Below are positions 52,919 through 63,512 of a stretch of DNA of 64,000 bases, one piece after another. Each line of letters opens with the position of its first letter. Position 1 is the stretch's first letter. Position numbers and translations under genes: made by a program. The notes beneath the pieces are model-generated. The model was not told the origin of the DNA. It searched no databases and worked only from the letters and a program-made list of their open reading frames with translations. Source of the DNA: an uncultured Alphaproteobacteria bacterium (GTDB lineage Bacteria > Pseudomonadota > Alphaproteobacteria > HIMB59 > GCA-002718135); assembly GCA_902618385.1 (NCBI GenBank), contig CACNAF010000002.1, positions 30,988 to 94,987 of the forward strand, written 5' to 3'.

Positions 52919-53530
52919 ATGTTGTTATTTCTAGATATTATATCACCAATACCAGAATTTTGTGTAATTGATGACAACAAAATAATATTACAACAGAAAA
53001 TTACTAAATCTGAAACAGATAAGTTAAGTGATAATATAATACAATCATATATAGAAATAGATAAACGATTAAATTTAACTAAAAATCTCAAAAAAATTTC
53101 TACAACAATTGGTCCTGGTTCTTACACAAGTTTAAGGGTTGGTTCAGCATTTATTTCTGGTCTTATGATTTCGCGTAATATTCCTTATTGCCCACTAACT
53201 ATTGAGGATATCTTAAACTTTAACGCAATAAAACATACCAAAAAAAATTTGGGAGTTTTTATAACCTCTTCTAATAATCAGAAATTTTTTTGTTATAAAA
53301 TTAAAGATAAAAACATGAAATACTATAAAATTGAAAATAATAAATATTCAATTCCAAAAAATATCGATTTGATTCTTTTTAATAAAAATAAAATAAATGA
53401 AAAAAATGAATTAGAACAAATGAAGTTTTCTTTTTTTGAAGAATTTTACAACAATCACAATAATTTTACGTTTAAAAAAAATATTATTATTGAACCAATA
53501 TATATATCAAATAATCAATTACTAAATTGA
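52919..53530 (+). CDS. tsaB: tRNA t6A37 threonylcarbamoyltransferase complex subunit TsaB
   Basis: GPGSYTSLRVG motif. 203 aa. Followed by rimI, as in many bacteria. Confidence 0.8.
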   Translation: MLLFLDIISPIPEFCVIDDNKIILQQKITKSETDKLSDNIIQSYIEIDKRLNLTKNLKKISTTIGPGSYTSLRVGSAFISGLMISRNIPYCPLTIEDILNFNAIKHTKKNLGVFITSSNNQKFFCYKIKDKNMKYYKIENNKYSIPKNIDLILFNKNKINEKNELEQMKFSFFEEFYNNHNNFTFKKNIIIEPIYISNNQLLN

Positions 53531-54006
53531 ATAGAATTAGCTTAATAAATAAAGAACACTTATTATCAATAATCAATTTTATAAATGATAATAGTGATGA
53601 ATTTAATTATTTTAAAAACATAGGATGGAGTATAAAAAATATTGAAAGTCATTTTAGCAAAAATAATAATTACTCTCTTGGATATTTTAAGGATAATAAT
53701 CTTGTAGGAGTCTTAATTGGTGATACAATTAAAAATAATAAAAAATATGATTTAGAATTGCATATTTTATTTGTATCAAAAAATCAAAGAAGAAAAAAAA
53801 TTGCAACAAAATTATTAAATTATATTGAAACAAATAATATAAATTTTTCAAAGATTTTCATTGAAGTTGCTGAAGATAATGTAGAAGCAATAAATTTTTA
53901 TCAAAAAAACAACTTTGTCTTTTTAAATTTTAGACATAACTATTATAGGTATAATGACAAAAATATTCATGCTAAATGCTTAATAAAAAATATTAATAAT
54001 GAGTGA
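53527..54006 (+). CDS. rimI: GNAT N-acetyltransferase, RimI-like
   Basis: GNAT motif A (VSKNQRRKKIATKLL). Conserved position after tsaB. Confidence 0.75.
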   Translation: MNRISLINKEHLLSIINFINDNSDEFNYFKNIGWSIKNIESHFSKNNNYSLGYFKDNNLVGVLIGDTIKNNKKYDLELHILFVSKNQRRKKIATKLLNYIETNNINFSKIFIEVAEDNVEAINFYQKNNFVFLNFRHNYYRYNDKNIHAKCLIKNINNE

Positions 54007-55300
54007 TAAATATATTTATATAAAATCTTATGGCTGTCAGATGAATGTATATGATAGTAATCGTATTAAAGATTTGTTTTCAAATAAGGGATATAAAATA
54101 ACAAAAGATATTTCTAAAGCAGATTTAACTGTTTTGAATACTTGTCATATTAGAGAAAAGGCAGTTGAAAAAGTTTATTCTGATATTGGCAGAGTAAAAA
54201 AAATTAAAGACAAAAAACAAAATATGAAATTAGTAGTTGCCGGTTGTGTAGCTCAAGCTGAAGGTCTTGAAATAAAAAAAAGATCTCCTTCAGTCGATTA
54301 TGTCGTTGGACCTCAATCTTATCACAAATTACCTGATATGATTGATACAGTTGATGAAATTGAAAATAGTGAGTTTTTACAGAATGAAAAATTTAAAAAC
54401 TTAATTTTCAATTCTTCTAATTTATCTTCTGAATTTTTATCTATTCAAGAAGGGTGTGATAAGTTTTGTTCTTTTTGTGTAGTGCCATATACAAGAGGAC
54501 CTGAATTTTCTAGACCAGTTGATGATATAGTAGAAGAAACAAAAAAATATGTATCAAATGGAATTAAAGAAATAATTTTGCTAGGTCAAAATGTTAATGC
54601 TTACCACGGTGTAGCATCAGATGGAAAATCAAAAGATCTAGCTTACTTAATTAATAAAATCAGTGAAATCGAAGAAATAAAAAGGATTAGATATATGACA
54701 TCCCACCCTATAGATATGAAAGATTCCCTCATAAATGCCCATGCTGATAATTCAAAACTTATGCCTTTTCTTCATCTACCCATTCAATCTGGCTCAGATA
54801 AAATTTTAAAAAAAATGAATAGAAAACATTCAGTTGATGATTATTTAAGAATAGTTGAAAAAATAAGAAATGTTCGCCCTGACATTGCTCTTTCATCAGA
54901 CTTTATTGTCGGTTTCCCAGAAGAAACAGATAATGATTTTGAAGATACAATGAAATTTATTGAAAAAGTAAATTTTGTTATTGCTTACTCATTTATTTAT
55001 AGTCCAAGACCAGGAACACCTGCTCAAAACAAAGATAATATTAGTTTGTTAGATAAAAAAGCACGGTTAAGCGCCTTGCAATCTTTACTTACACAACAAC
55101 AAATAAATTTTAATAAATCATTTGTTAATAAAGGGATGGAAGTATTATTTGAAAAAGTAGGCAGGCATAAAGATCAATTTATAGGTCGTACAATCTACAA
55201 TCAAAGTACATTTATTAACTCAAAAAAAGATCTCTTAAATCAAATTATGAATGTGAAAATTACAAACTCAACTAACTTTGCTCTTGAATGTCAGATATAG
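53999..55300 (+). CDS. miaB: tRNA-2-methylthio-N6-dimethylallyladenosine synthase
   Basis: N-terminal YGCQMN, radical-SAM CDKFCSFCVVP, and a TRAM domain at the C-terminus. Confidence 0.92.
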   Translation: MSDKYIYIKSYGCQMNVYDSNRIKDLFSNKGYKITKDISKADLTVLNTCHIREKAVEKVYSDIGRVKKIKDKKQNMKLVVAGCVAQAEGLEIKKRSPSVDYVVGPQSYHKLPDMIDTVDEIENSEFLQNEKFKNLIFNSSNLSSEFLSIQEGCDKFCSFCVVPYTRGPEFSRPVDDIVEETKKYVSNGIKEIILLGQNVNAYHGVASDGKSKDLAYLINKISEIEEIKRIRYMTSHPIDMKDSLINAHADNSKLMPFLHLPIQSGSDKILKKMNRKHSVDDYLRIVEKIRNVRPDIALSSDFIVGFPEETDNDFEDTMKFIEKVNFVIAYSFIYSPRPGTPAQNKDNISLLDKKARLSALQSLLTQQQINFNKSFVNKGMEVLFEKVGRHKDQFIGRTIYNQSTFINSKKDLLNQIMNVKITNSTNFALECQI

Positions 55301-56247
55301 TAAATAAAAACGAAAATTTAGAATTAGAATTAGAAGATAATACAATTTTAAGTAACTTATTTGGTATCAATGATAGAAACTTATCTCTTATAGAACAAAT
55401 TAATCAAGTTAAAATCCAATACCGTGGAAACAAAATTAAAATATCAGGTAATAAAAAATCAATTTTTGAAACTAAGAAAACTATTCTTAATTTATTTAAA
55501 GAAGCACAAAATGGTGCTGAAATAGATGAGGATAGAATTAGGGATAATAAAAGTTTAATATCTATGAATATTAAGTCAGACAAACAGATGGATTTATTTA
55601 TTCAAACTAAAAAAAGAAAAATTATACCAAGAACTGAAATACAAAATAAGTATCTTCAATTACTAAATACCAAAAATATTATATTTGCTATTGGTCCTGC
55701 TGGGACAGGAAAGACATATCTTGCTGTTGCTAAAGCAGTTTCAGCCCTTCAAGATGGCAAAGTAAATAAAATTATTTTATCCAGACCAGCTGTTGAAGCT
55801 GGAGAAAAATTAGGTTTTCTTCCTGGGGATTTAAAAGAAAAAGTAGATCCTTTTTTGAGACCAATTTACGATGCTTTATATTCAATGTTACCTTATGAAC
55901 AGGTAGAAAAAAAATTACTTAATAACACAATAGAAATAGCACCTATTGCGTTTATGAGAGGAAGAACCCTTGAAGATTGTTTTATAATTTTAGATGAAGC
56001 TCAAAATACAACAAAAACACAAATGAAAATGTTTTTAACAAGGTTAGGTAAAAATAGTCAAATGGTAGTTGTAGGAGATATTACCCAAATCGATCTTGTA
56101 AGTGAAAAAGACTCAGGACTTAAAGATGCATTGAAAAAGTTAAACAAAGTTGATGATATAGGTTTTATAGAATTGTCAGAAAAAGATGTTGTACGTCATG
56201 ATTTAGTTAAAAAAATTATTAATGCATATGAAAAACATAAAAGTTGA
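55288..56247 (+). CDS. ybeZ: PhoH-family ATPase (YbeZ)
   Basis: Walker A GPAGTGKTYLA and Walker B ILDEAQN. Followed by ybeY. Confidence 0.9.
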   Translation: MSDIVNKNENLELELEDNTILSNLFGINDRNLSLIEQINQVKIQYRGNKIKISGNKKSIFETKKTILNLFKEAQNGAEIDEDRIRDNKSLISMNIKSDKQMDLFIQTKKRKIIPRTEIQNKYLQLLNTKNIIFAIGPAGTGKTYLAVAKAVSALQDGKVNKIILSRPAVEAGEKLGFLPGDLKEKVDPFLRPIYDALYSMLPYEQVEKKLLNNTIEIAPIAFMRGRTLEDCFIILDEAQNTTKTQMKMFLTRLGKNSQMVVVGDITQIDLVSEKDSGLKDALKKLNKVDDIGFIELSEKDVVRHDLVKKIINAYEKHKS

Positions 56248-56701
56248 TTTTTTTTCTGAATCAAAAAAATGGCCAAGGCGAATACCTAAAATTAAGACTA
56301 TTACAAAAAAGACTATAAATAAGATGAACTCTTATTTTAAAAGAGATCATAGATTTGAACTAAATATTATTTTAACAGATAAATCAAAAATGATTAAACT
56401 TAATAAAATCTATAAAAATAGTCAATCAGACACAGATGTCCTTACTTTTATTTCTAAGATTTCAAATAAAAATGTTGGAAAAATTTTATATTGTGATATT
56501 TTTTTCTCGATTGATACTATTGAAAAATTTATATGTAGGAATAAAATTAGCATATATGATCATTTTAACCATTTGTTGATTCATAGTTTATTGCATATTA
56601 ACGGATATAATCATAAAAAAAATTTAGAATTTAAAAAAATGAAAAGAGAGGAAATAAAAATTTTAGGATTATTTGGAATCAATAATCCTTACACAATTTA
56701 A
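56222..56701 (+). CDS. ybeY: rRNA maturation endoribonuclease YbeY
   Basis: HSLLHINGYNH zinc motif (HxxxHxxGxxH). Confidence 0.88.
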   Translation: MHMKNIKVDFFSESKKWPRRIPKIKTITKKTINKMNSYFKRDHRFELNIILTDKSKMIKLNKIYKNSQSDTDVLTFISKISNKNVGKILYCDIFFSIDTIEKFICRNKISIYDHFNHLLIHSLLHINGYNHKKNLEFKKMKREEIKILGLFGINNPYTI

Positions 56702-57549
56702 TGAACACAAATAACGCTGATAAATCATCGAGCTGGAAAAATTGGATAATTAAAAAATTATTATCTAATGATTCAACAAAAGAAGACATTTTAAATTTTA
56801 TAGCTAATGACGAAGATAATAAAAATATTGATGATCTAAATGATAATAATGAGAAAAATCTAATTAAGAACATCGTAAATTTGAACGAAAAAAGTGTTGA
56901 AGATTTAATGATACCAAGAAGTGAAATAGTAGCTTTAGAGCATAATAAATCTTACAATGAAATTTTAGAAGTAATTAAGGAAGAAGGACATTCTAGAATT
57001 CCAGTATTCAAAAAAAATATTGATAATGTAATTGGTTTCTTTCACATAAAAGATTTTATTAAATCATCACAAGATACATTTCAAATGAGTGAAATAATAA
57101 GAGATGTATTATATGTTGCTCCCAAATCACCAATTTTAGATTTATTAAAAACGATGAGATCCTCTAGAATTCATATAGGGCTCGTTGTCGATGGAGTTGG
57201 TGGTGTAGATGGATTGGTTACGATAGAAGATTTAGTTGAAGAAATTGTTGGTGAGATTGAAGATGAACATGATGCTGAAGATGATGAAGAATTAGTTTAT
57301 AAAAAATCAGATAATTCAATAACAGTAGATGCTAGTTATAGAGTCGAGGATTTGGAAGAATTTTTTTCAATTAATATTCCAAGAAATGAAGATGATGAAA
57401 CCTCTTCTGTAGGTGGTCTTGTATATGAAAAAATAAATAGGATACCAAAAAATAATGAGGTAATTGATTTTAATGATGAACTTAGGATCAAGATCGTTAA
57501 ATCAAACAATAGAAAAATTGAAATTGTTGAAGTAAATAAAAATAATTGA
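56701..57549 (+). CDS. corC: CBS-pair + CorC_HlyC domain protein (CorC/TlyC family)
   Basis: Tandem CBS domains followed by a CorC/HlyC transporter-associated domain. Conserved ybeZ-ybeY-corC-lnt order. Confidence 0.85.
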   Translation: MNTNNADKSSSWKNWIIKKLLSNDSTKEDILNFIANDEDNKNIDDLNDNNEKNLIKNIVNLNEKSVEDLMIPRSEIVALEHNKSYNEILEVIKEEGHSRIPVFKKNIDNVIGFFHIKDFIKSSQDTFQMSEIIRDVLYVAPKSPILDLLKTMRSSRIHIGLVVDGVGGVDGLVTIEDLVEEIVGEIEDEHDAEDDEELVYKKSDNSITVDASYRVEDLEEFFSINIPRNEDDETSSVGGLVYEKINRIPKNNEVIDFNDELRIKIVKSNNRKIEIVEVNKNN

Positions 57550-58997
57550 ATAATTTAATTTATTTTATCTTAGGACTTTTAACCTCTCTTTTATTTCCTC
57601 CATATTTTTTTTTACCACTAGGTTTTATCATTTTTCCGTCTCTTTGTTTTTTATTAGATTCAAATAAAGAAAATTATACTGACAAAAATATTTTTAATAA
57701 ATTTTCAATATTTGGGCTTGGTTTTTTTATAAGTTATTTATTTTGGATCAAAAACCCTTTTTTTGTTTTTGAAGAAACTAAAAATTTTTTTCTAGTATTT
57801 TTATTACTGATAATATTCTTATCTGTAATTTTAGGTTTAATCTTTACAATAATTTTTAAATTAGGAAAAAAAATTCCAGTAATCTTTCTTGTCCCATTCA
57901 TGTTCACATCTAGTGAATATATAATATCAATATTTTTTTATGGATTTCCTTGGTTTACATTTTCGTTATTACTTTCTAGTAATGAATATTTACTATTTTT
58001 ACTAAAATCATTTGGAACATTATTTTCAAGTTATTTTGTTATTCAGATATTTTGCATACCTTTTATTTTTTTAACTAAAGAAAACTTTAAACAAGAATTG
58101 AAGTATCTTTCATTCTTTTTTGCTTTGCCAATCATTACTTTAATGATCATAAATTTTAATTTAGAAACAAATAATTCTAAAATTAAAACAATTAATTTGG
58201 AAATTTTCCAATTAAATTTTAAAAATAATGACAAATTTTTGACACCTGAGAAAAAACTGCAAAGAATAATCAATCATATAGATGAAAGTAGTGCAGACTT
58301 GCTTATTTTTGGTGAGAATAATTTTCCTTATCTTTTAGATGATCTTGAACTAAAAATTATAAAAGATTCTTTAAAGGAAAATCAAACATTAATTATTGGA
58401 GCTACAAGATATGAAAGTAATAAATATTATAATAGTTTAATAAATATCAATTTAGTAAATGTAACTTACTTTGATAAAAAAATACTTGTTCCCTTTGGAG
58501 AGTTTTTACCATTAAGAGATTCTTTGTCCTTTTTAGAGAGGATTGTAGGTCAAAATGATTATTCAAGTGGTAACGTTGAAAGAATAATTTATCTATCTGA
58601 TAATATAAGTTTTATACCAGTGATTTGTTATGAAATTGTTTTTTATTGGAAGCTTTTAAATAAATTTAATAAAAAAGGTAATTTTATTGTAAATATTACG
58701 AATGATTTTTGGTTTGGTGATTATCTCGGTCCTTATCAACATTTCTATCTCACTAAAATCAGAGCTGCAGAATTTAATAAGCCAATTATTCGTGTTTCTA
58801 ATAATGGTATATCTGCGGTGATAGATAATAATGGTGCTGTGCTAAATAAAACCCAATTTAACAAAACTGAGAATTTTAAACACAAATTATTTTTCAAAGA
58901 AAATAATAATTTTGTAAATTTTCATTTAATATTTAAATTTTATCTCTTTATTTTTTTTACACTAACTACTTTATATTATTTAAGAAAATATGATTAG
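57546..58997 (+). CDS. lnt: apolipoprotein N-acyltransferase
   Basis: N-terminal polytopic region plus a C-terminal nitrilase-like domain (PVICYE catalytic Cys). TTG start. Confidence 0.85.
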   Translation: MNNLIYFILGLLTSLLFPPYFFLPLGFIIFPSLCFLLDSNKENYTDKNIFNKFSIFGLGFFISYLFWIKNPFFVFEETKNFFLVFLLLIIFLSVILGLIFTIIFKLGKKIPVIFLVPFMFTSSEYIISIFFYGFPWFTFSLLLSSNEYLLFLLKSFGTLFSSYFVIQIFCIPFIFLTKENFKQELKYLSFFFALPIITLMIINFNLETNNSKIKTINLEIFQLNFKNNDKFLTPEKKLQRIINHIDESSADLLIFGENNFPYLLDDLELKIIKDSLKENQTLIIGATRYESNKYYNSLININLVNVTYFDKKILVPFGEFLPLRDSLSFLERIVGQNDYSSGNVERIIYLSDNISFIPVICYEIVFYWKLLNKFNKKGNFIVNITNDFWFGDYLGPYQHFYLTKIRAAEFNKPIIRVSNNGISAVIDNNGAVLNKTQFNKTENFKHKLFFKENNNFVNFHLIFKFYLFIFFTLTTLYYLRKYD

Positions 58998-59646
58998 TAA
59001 TAATTATAGCAGCCGCTTATTTGGGAGAACAAGAGGAAGAAGCAAGAAAAAAATTGATTTAAAAAAATATTATCAAAAAATTGACAAATATAAGTTTCAA
59101 AATTGCGATAAAAAAATAAATTATATTTTAGATATTGGCACTGGATATGGTGAAACAAGTTTATTTCTTGCAAATCAATTTTTAGACAAAGTTATTATAT
59201 CTTGTGAAAAATACATTGATGGAAATATAATTTTACTTAAAAATATTGAAAAGAATGAAATAAATAATATTCGATTACATAACGGAAATGTATATGATGT
59301 TTTAGAATGTACGCATAGAGAATGTTTTGATCTTGTATGGATTTTTTTTCCTGATCCATGGCCAAAAAATAGACACGCAAAGCGAAGATTGATAACTAGT
59401 GATTTCTTAAAAAAACTTCACAATACTTTAAAAGAGAATAGTGAAATACATATAGCTACAGATTCAACAATATATGTAAGATTTATTTTAAACTCAATTT
59501 ATAATTGTAAAGATTATTTTGTCTGGTTGAATCAATCTGAAATGAATCTGGATATAAAAGATTATTTCGATATTGAGACAAAATATTATAAAAAAGCAAT
59601 TAATTCTCAAAGAAAACCATCTTTATTCATTTTGAGAAAATTATAG
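58990..59646 (+). CDS. trmB: tRNA (guanine46-N7)-methyltransferase
   Basis: LDIGTGYGE SAM motif and FFPDPWPKNRHAKRR. Confidence 0.88.
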   Translation: MISNNYSSRLFGRTRGRSKKKIDLKKYYQKIDKYKFQNCDKKINYILDIGTGYGETSLFLANQFLDKVIISCEKYIDGNIILLKNIEKNEINNIRLHNGNVYDVLECTHRECFDLVWIFFPDPWPKNRHAKRRLITSDFLKKLHNTLKENSEIHIATDSTIYVRFILNSIYNCKDYFVWLNQSEMNLDIKDYFDIETKYYKKAINSQRKPSLFILRKL

Positions 59647-59686
59647 GCTTGAAATTCTGTAAAATATTAATATACGCAATATTATT

Positions 59687-59712
59687 AAGGTGGGTTATCC
59701 CACCTTTTTTTT
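59687..59712 (+). terminator. rho-independent terminator ending 6 nt before the nusA ATG
   Basis: AAGGTGGG-ttat-CCCACCTT followed by a T run to 59712. Confidence 0.75.
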
Positions 59713-59718
59713 ATAACT

Positions 59719-61257
59719 ATGGCTAAAAAAAAATATAATGTAATTAGAGAAGAGATGCTTCAAGTTGCATCTAATGTAGCACAAGAAAAGAATATTGATC
59801 AAGATTCAGTTTTTTCTGCAATGGAACAAGCATTAGAAAAAGCTGCAAGAGTAAAATATGGCCAAGATATTGATATAAGAATATCTATTGATAGAAGCAC
59901 AGGGGATATTAAACTTAATTCTTATTTGGAAGTTGTAGAAAATATTGAAGAAGAGTTTCAATCTAGGCAAATTCTTTTAGAAGATGCAAAAAAAACTAAT
60001 CCAGATATCAGTTTAGGAGAGTATATTATTAAAGAACTTCCACCAATTGAATTAGGAAGAGTTGCTGCACAAAATGCTAAAGGAGTAATAATTCAAAAAG
60101 TAAGAGAAGCTGATAAATCTAATCAATATGAAGAATATAAAGATAAGGTCGGTGAAATAGCAGTAGGTATAGTTAAAAGAACTGAATTCGGAAATTTAAT
60201 AATAGATTTAGGTAAGAGTGAAGCCATAATTAAAAGGGAGGAACTTATTCCAAGAGAAACATTTAAGAATGGAGATAGAGTTAGAGCTTATATTTACGAA
60301 GTAAAGAACGATGTAAAAGGTTACCAAGTTTTCTTATCAAGAACACATCCTCAATTTTTATCAAAATTATTTTTTCAAGAAGTACCAGAAATATACGAGG
60401 GAGTTATTACCGTTAAAAGTGTTGCAAGAGATCCTGGTTCAAGAGCTAAGATTAGTGTTTTTACAGAAGACTCTACTATCGATCCAGTTGGAGCTTGTGT
60501 TGGTATGAGAGGTTCAAGAGTACAAGCTGTTGTAAATGAATTGCAAGGAGAGAAAATAGATATTGTTACATGGTCTGATAATCAAGCTACTTTTTTAGCC
60601 AATGCCCTTGCTCCTGCAGAAGTTAGTAAAATTTTCTTATATGAAGAAAAAAATAAAGTTGAAGTTGTAATACCTGATGATCAATTAAGTTTAGCAATTG
60701 GAAGAAAAGGTCAAAATGTGAAACTAGCTTCTAATTTAACTAGTTTAGAAATAGATATTTTAACTGAAGATGAAGAATCGGAAAGAAGACAACAAGAATT
60801 TAAAGAAAAAAGTATTTTATTAGCTGAGACACTTGATGTTGAAGACGTTATTGCTCAACTACTTGTTACTGATGGTTATACAACTGTTGAGTCTATAGCT
60901 ACTGAAACTTTAGAGAATTTAGAAAAAATAGAAGGTTTTGATACTGCTTTAGCTCAGGAAATAATTGATAGATCTACAAAATTTGTTAAGGAAAAAGCAG
61001 AGTCGGACAAAAAACTCATAGATGAAAATATTAGTGATGAAAAATTAAAAAATTTGAAGGGTATGAATAATAGTATTTTAGCAAAATTAGCAAAATCAAA
61101 TATTCTCAATGTAAATGATTTTGCTGATTTAGCTACATTCGAACTTATAGACAAAGAAGAAGGTATCTTAAGAGAATTGGATCTTGATGAAGAAATAGCT
61201 AACAATATGATAATGGAAGCAAGAAGTTTCTGGTCTGAAGAACAAAATAAGGATTAA
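59719..61257 (+). CDS. nusA: transcription termination/antitermination factor NusA
   Basis: S1 and two KH domains (GACVGMRGSRVQAV, LAIGRKGQNVKLAS) plus C-terminal acidic repeats. Confidence 0.93.
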   Translation: MAKKKYNVIREEMLQVASNVAQEKNIDQDSVFSAMEQALEKAARVKYGQDIDIRISIDRSTGDIKLNSYLEVVENIEEEFQSRQILLEDAKKTNPDISLGEYIIKELPPIELGRVAAQNAKGVIIQKVREADKSNQYEEYKDKVGEIAVGIVKRTEFGNLIIDLGKSEAIIKREELIPRETFKNGDRVRAYIYEVKNDVKGYQVFLSRTHPQFLSKLFFQEVPEIYEGVITVKSVARDPGSRAKISVFTEDSTIDPVGACVGMRGSRVQAVVNELQGEKIDIVTWSDNQATFLANALAPAEVSKIFLYEEKNKVEVVIPDDQLSLAIGRKGQNVKLASNLTSLEIDILTEDEESERRQQEFKEKSILLAETLDVEDVIAQLLVTDGYTTVESIATETLENLEKIEGFDTALAQEIIDRSTKFVKEKAESDKKLIDENISDEKLKNLKGMNNSILAKLAKSNILNVNDFADLATFELIDKEEGILRELDLDEEIANNMIMEARSFWSEEQNKD

Positions 61258-61259
61258 AA

Positions 61260-63500
61260 TTGGATAAAGATAAAGGTAACAAAAAAAAACCATTAAAACT
61301 ATCTTCATCAGGAAGACTACAAATAAGAAAAAATCTTGGTCCAGCAGGTGATAAGGCAAGAACTAGTGGCAGTAAAAAAACAATACAAATTGTTTTTAAA
61401 AATAAGAATAATCAACAGAAAAGTACATCTACAACTCAATCTAATTTTAGAGGATCATCTAGCTTAAGAACACCTAGGCCAGGAATAAATTCATCACCAC
61501 AACCAAACTTTTCTTCTCCAAATAAAACTAGAAACTTTGATAACAAAAATAAAAAAAATGTAGATAAAAAAACCCAACAAAAAAAATCAACACTTAGACC
61601 ACTTGAAGATGATTTTAGTAAATCTGATGCTAAAAAAATACTAGAACAAGAAGAACAAGAATTTGATAAATTTCCAAGCTTAGCTAAAATAAAAAGAGCT
61701 AGAGAAAAAGAAAAACTAAAATCTGCAAACGAATTAGATGAGAGCAAAATTTCTAGAGAAATTTCCATTCCTGATTTTATTACTGTTCAAGATCTGGCAA
61801 ATAGAATGGCAGAAAAAACTGCTGATGTAGTTAAAGTCTTAATGAAAATGGGTGTCATGGCAAATGCTACTCAATCATTGGAATCTGATACAGCTCAACT
61901 AGTTGCAGAAGAATTAGGTCATAAAGTAACTGTAGTTAAAGATGACGATGTATTAAATGATATTAAAGATATTGAAGACCATGAAGATAGTCTTATTAAA
62001 AGAGCTCCTGTAGTAACAATCATGGGCCATGTTGACCATGGGAAAACTTCTTTACTTGATGCATTTAGAGAAAGTAATGTAGTATCTGGTGAAGCCGGTG
62101 GTATTACTCAACATATTGGTGCTTATCAAATTAATAATAATAATAAAAAAATTACATTTATTGATACTCCAGGTCATGCCGCCTTCTCAAATATGCGTGC
62201 TAGGGGATCTAAGACAACTGATATAGTTATACTTGTTGTTGCAGCTGATGATGGAATTAAACCTCAAACAATTGAATCTATTGCTCATGCAAAATCTGCT
62301 GAGGTTCCAATAATAGTTGCTATTAACAAAATTGATCTTCCAGGAGCAGATCCCGATAAAGTTAGAAATGAATTACTTAGTCATGAGGTAATTGTCGAAA
62401 AGTTAAGTGGTGAGGTTTTAGATATAGAAGTATCTGCAACTAAACGAACAAATCTAGATAAATTAGAGGAAGCAATTCATTTACAAGCAGACCTTCTGAA
62501 TCTTAAAGCTAACCCTGATAGAAAGGCTCGAGGATCCGTAATCGAATCAAAATTAGAAAAAGGTAGAGGCTCAGTTGCTACAGTGTTAGTTCAAAAAGGA
62601 ACATTAAAAGTAAGTGATATTTTTGTATCAGGCTCTGAATGGGGAAAAGTTAAAGCTTTAATTGATGACAAGGGTAAAAATATAAAACAAGCCGAGCCAT
62701 CAGTACCTGTTGAAGTTCTAGGATTTGATTCTAACCCTTTAGCTGGTGATGATTTTATTGTAGTTGAAAATGAGGGTATTGCTCGTAAAATTGCAGAATT
62801 TAGATCAAGTAAAATACAAATCCAAAAAAATACAGTGGCTAAATCAAATGTTGAAGAGATGTTTGCCCAGATTAATAAAGGTGAAGCAACAAGTCTTCCT
62901 GTAGTAATTAAAACTGATGTTCAAGGTTCTGCAGAAGCAATTGAAAATTCAATAACTAAACTTTCAACTGATGAAGTTAAGGTCAATGTTATTTATAAAG
63001 GTGTTGGTGCAATTACTGAGAGTGATGTTACGTTAGCTGGCTCAGGAAAAGGTTTTATAGTTGGCTTTAATGTTAGAGCACTACCTCACGCAAGAGATAT
63101 AGCAAAAAGAGATGGTGTCGATATTAAATATTATTCAATTATTTACGAGCTTATTGATGATGTAAAAAATCTTTTAACTGGTTTATTAAAGCCTGAAATT
63201 TCTGAAAATATCACGGGTAATGTTGAGATTAGAGAGGTCTTCAATATATCAAAAGTTGGGAATATTGCAGGGTGTATGGTTAAGGAGGGTCTTATTTCCA
63301 GAAAATCACAAATAAGAATTCTAAGAGATAATATTGTAATTCATAAAGGACAAATTAGTAGTCTAAAAAGATTTAAGGAAGAGGTATCTGAGGTCAAGTC
63401 TGGTTTTGAATGTGGTGTGATGCTAGACAATTATAGTGATATTAAAGTAGGTGATATTATTGAAACATTTGAAGAAGTTTCTACAAGTAGAAAGTTATAA
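61260..63500 (+). CDS. infB: translation initiation factor IF-2
   Basis: GTPase motifs GHVDHGKTS, DTPGH and NKID. 746 aa. Apparent TTG start 2 nt after the nusA stop. Confidence 0.93.
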   Translation: MDKDKGNKKKPLKLSSSGRLQIRKNLGPAGDKARTSGSKKTIQIVFKNKNNQQKSTSTTQSNFRGSSSLRTPRPGINSSPQPNFSSPNKTRNFDNKNKKNVDKKTQQKKSTLRPLEDDFSKSDAKKILEQEEQEFDKFPSLAKIKRAREKEKLKSANELDESKISREISIPDFITVQDLANRMAEKTADVVKVLMKMGVMANATQSLESDTAQLVAEELGHKVTVVKDDDVLNDIKDIEDHEDSLIKRAPVVTIMGHVDHGKTSLLDAFRESNVVSGEAGGITQHIGAYQINNNNKKITFIDTPGHAAFSNMRARGSKTTDIVILVVAADDGIKPQTIESIAHAKSAEVPIIVAINKIDLPGADPDKVRNELLSHEVIVEKLSGEVLDIEVSATKRTNLDKLEEAIHLQADLLNLKANPDRKARGSVIESKLEKGRGSVATVLVQKGTLKVSDIFVSGSEWGKVKALIDDKGKNIKQAEPSVPVEVLGFDSNPLAGDDFIVVENEGIARKIAEFRSSKIQIQKNTVAKSNVEEMFAQINKGEATSLPVVIKTDVQGSAEAIENSITKLSTDEVKVNVIYKGVGAITESDVTLAGSGKGFIVGFNVRALPHARDIAKRDGVDIKYYSIIYELIDDVKNLLTGLLKPEISENITGNVEIREVFNISKVGNIAGCMVKEGLISRKSQIRILRDNIVIHKGQISSLKRFKEEVSEVKSGFECGVMLDNYSDIKVGDIIETFEEVSTSRKL

Positions 63501-63512
63501 TGTTTTTTTACA

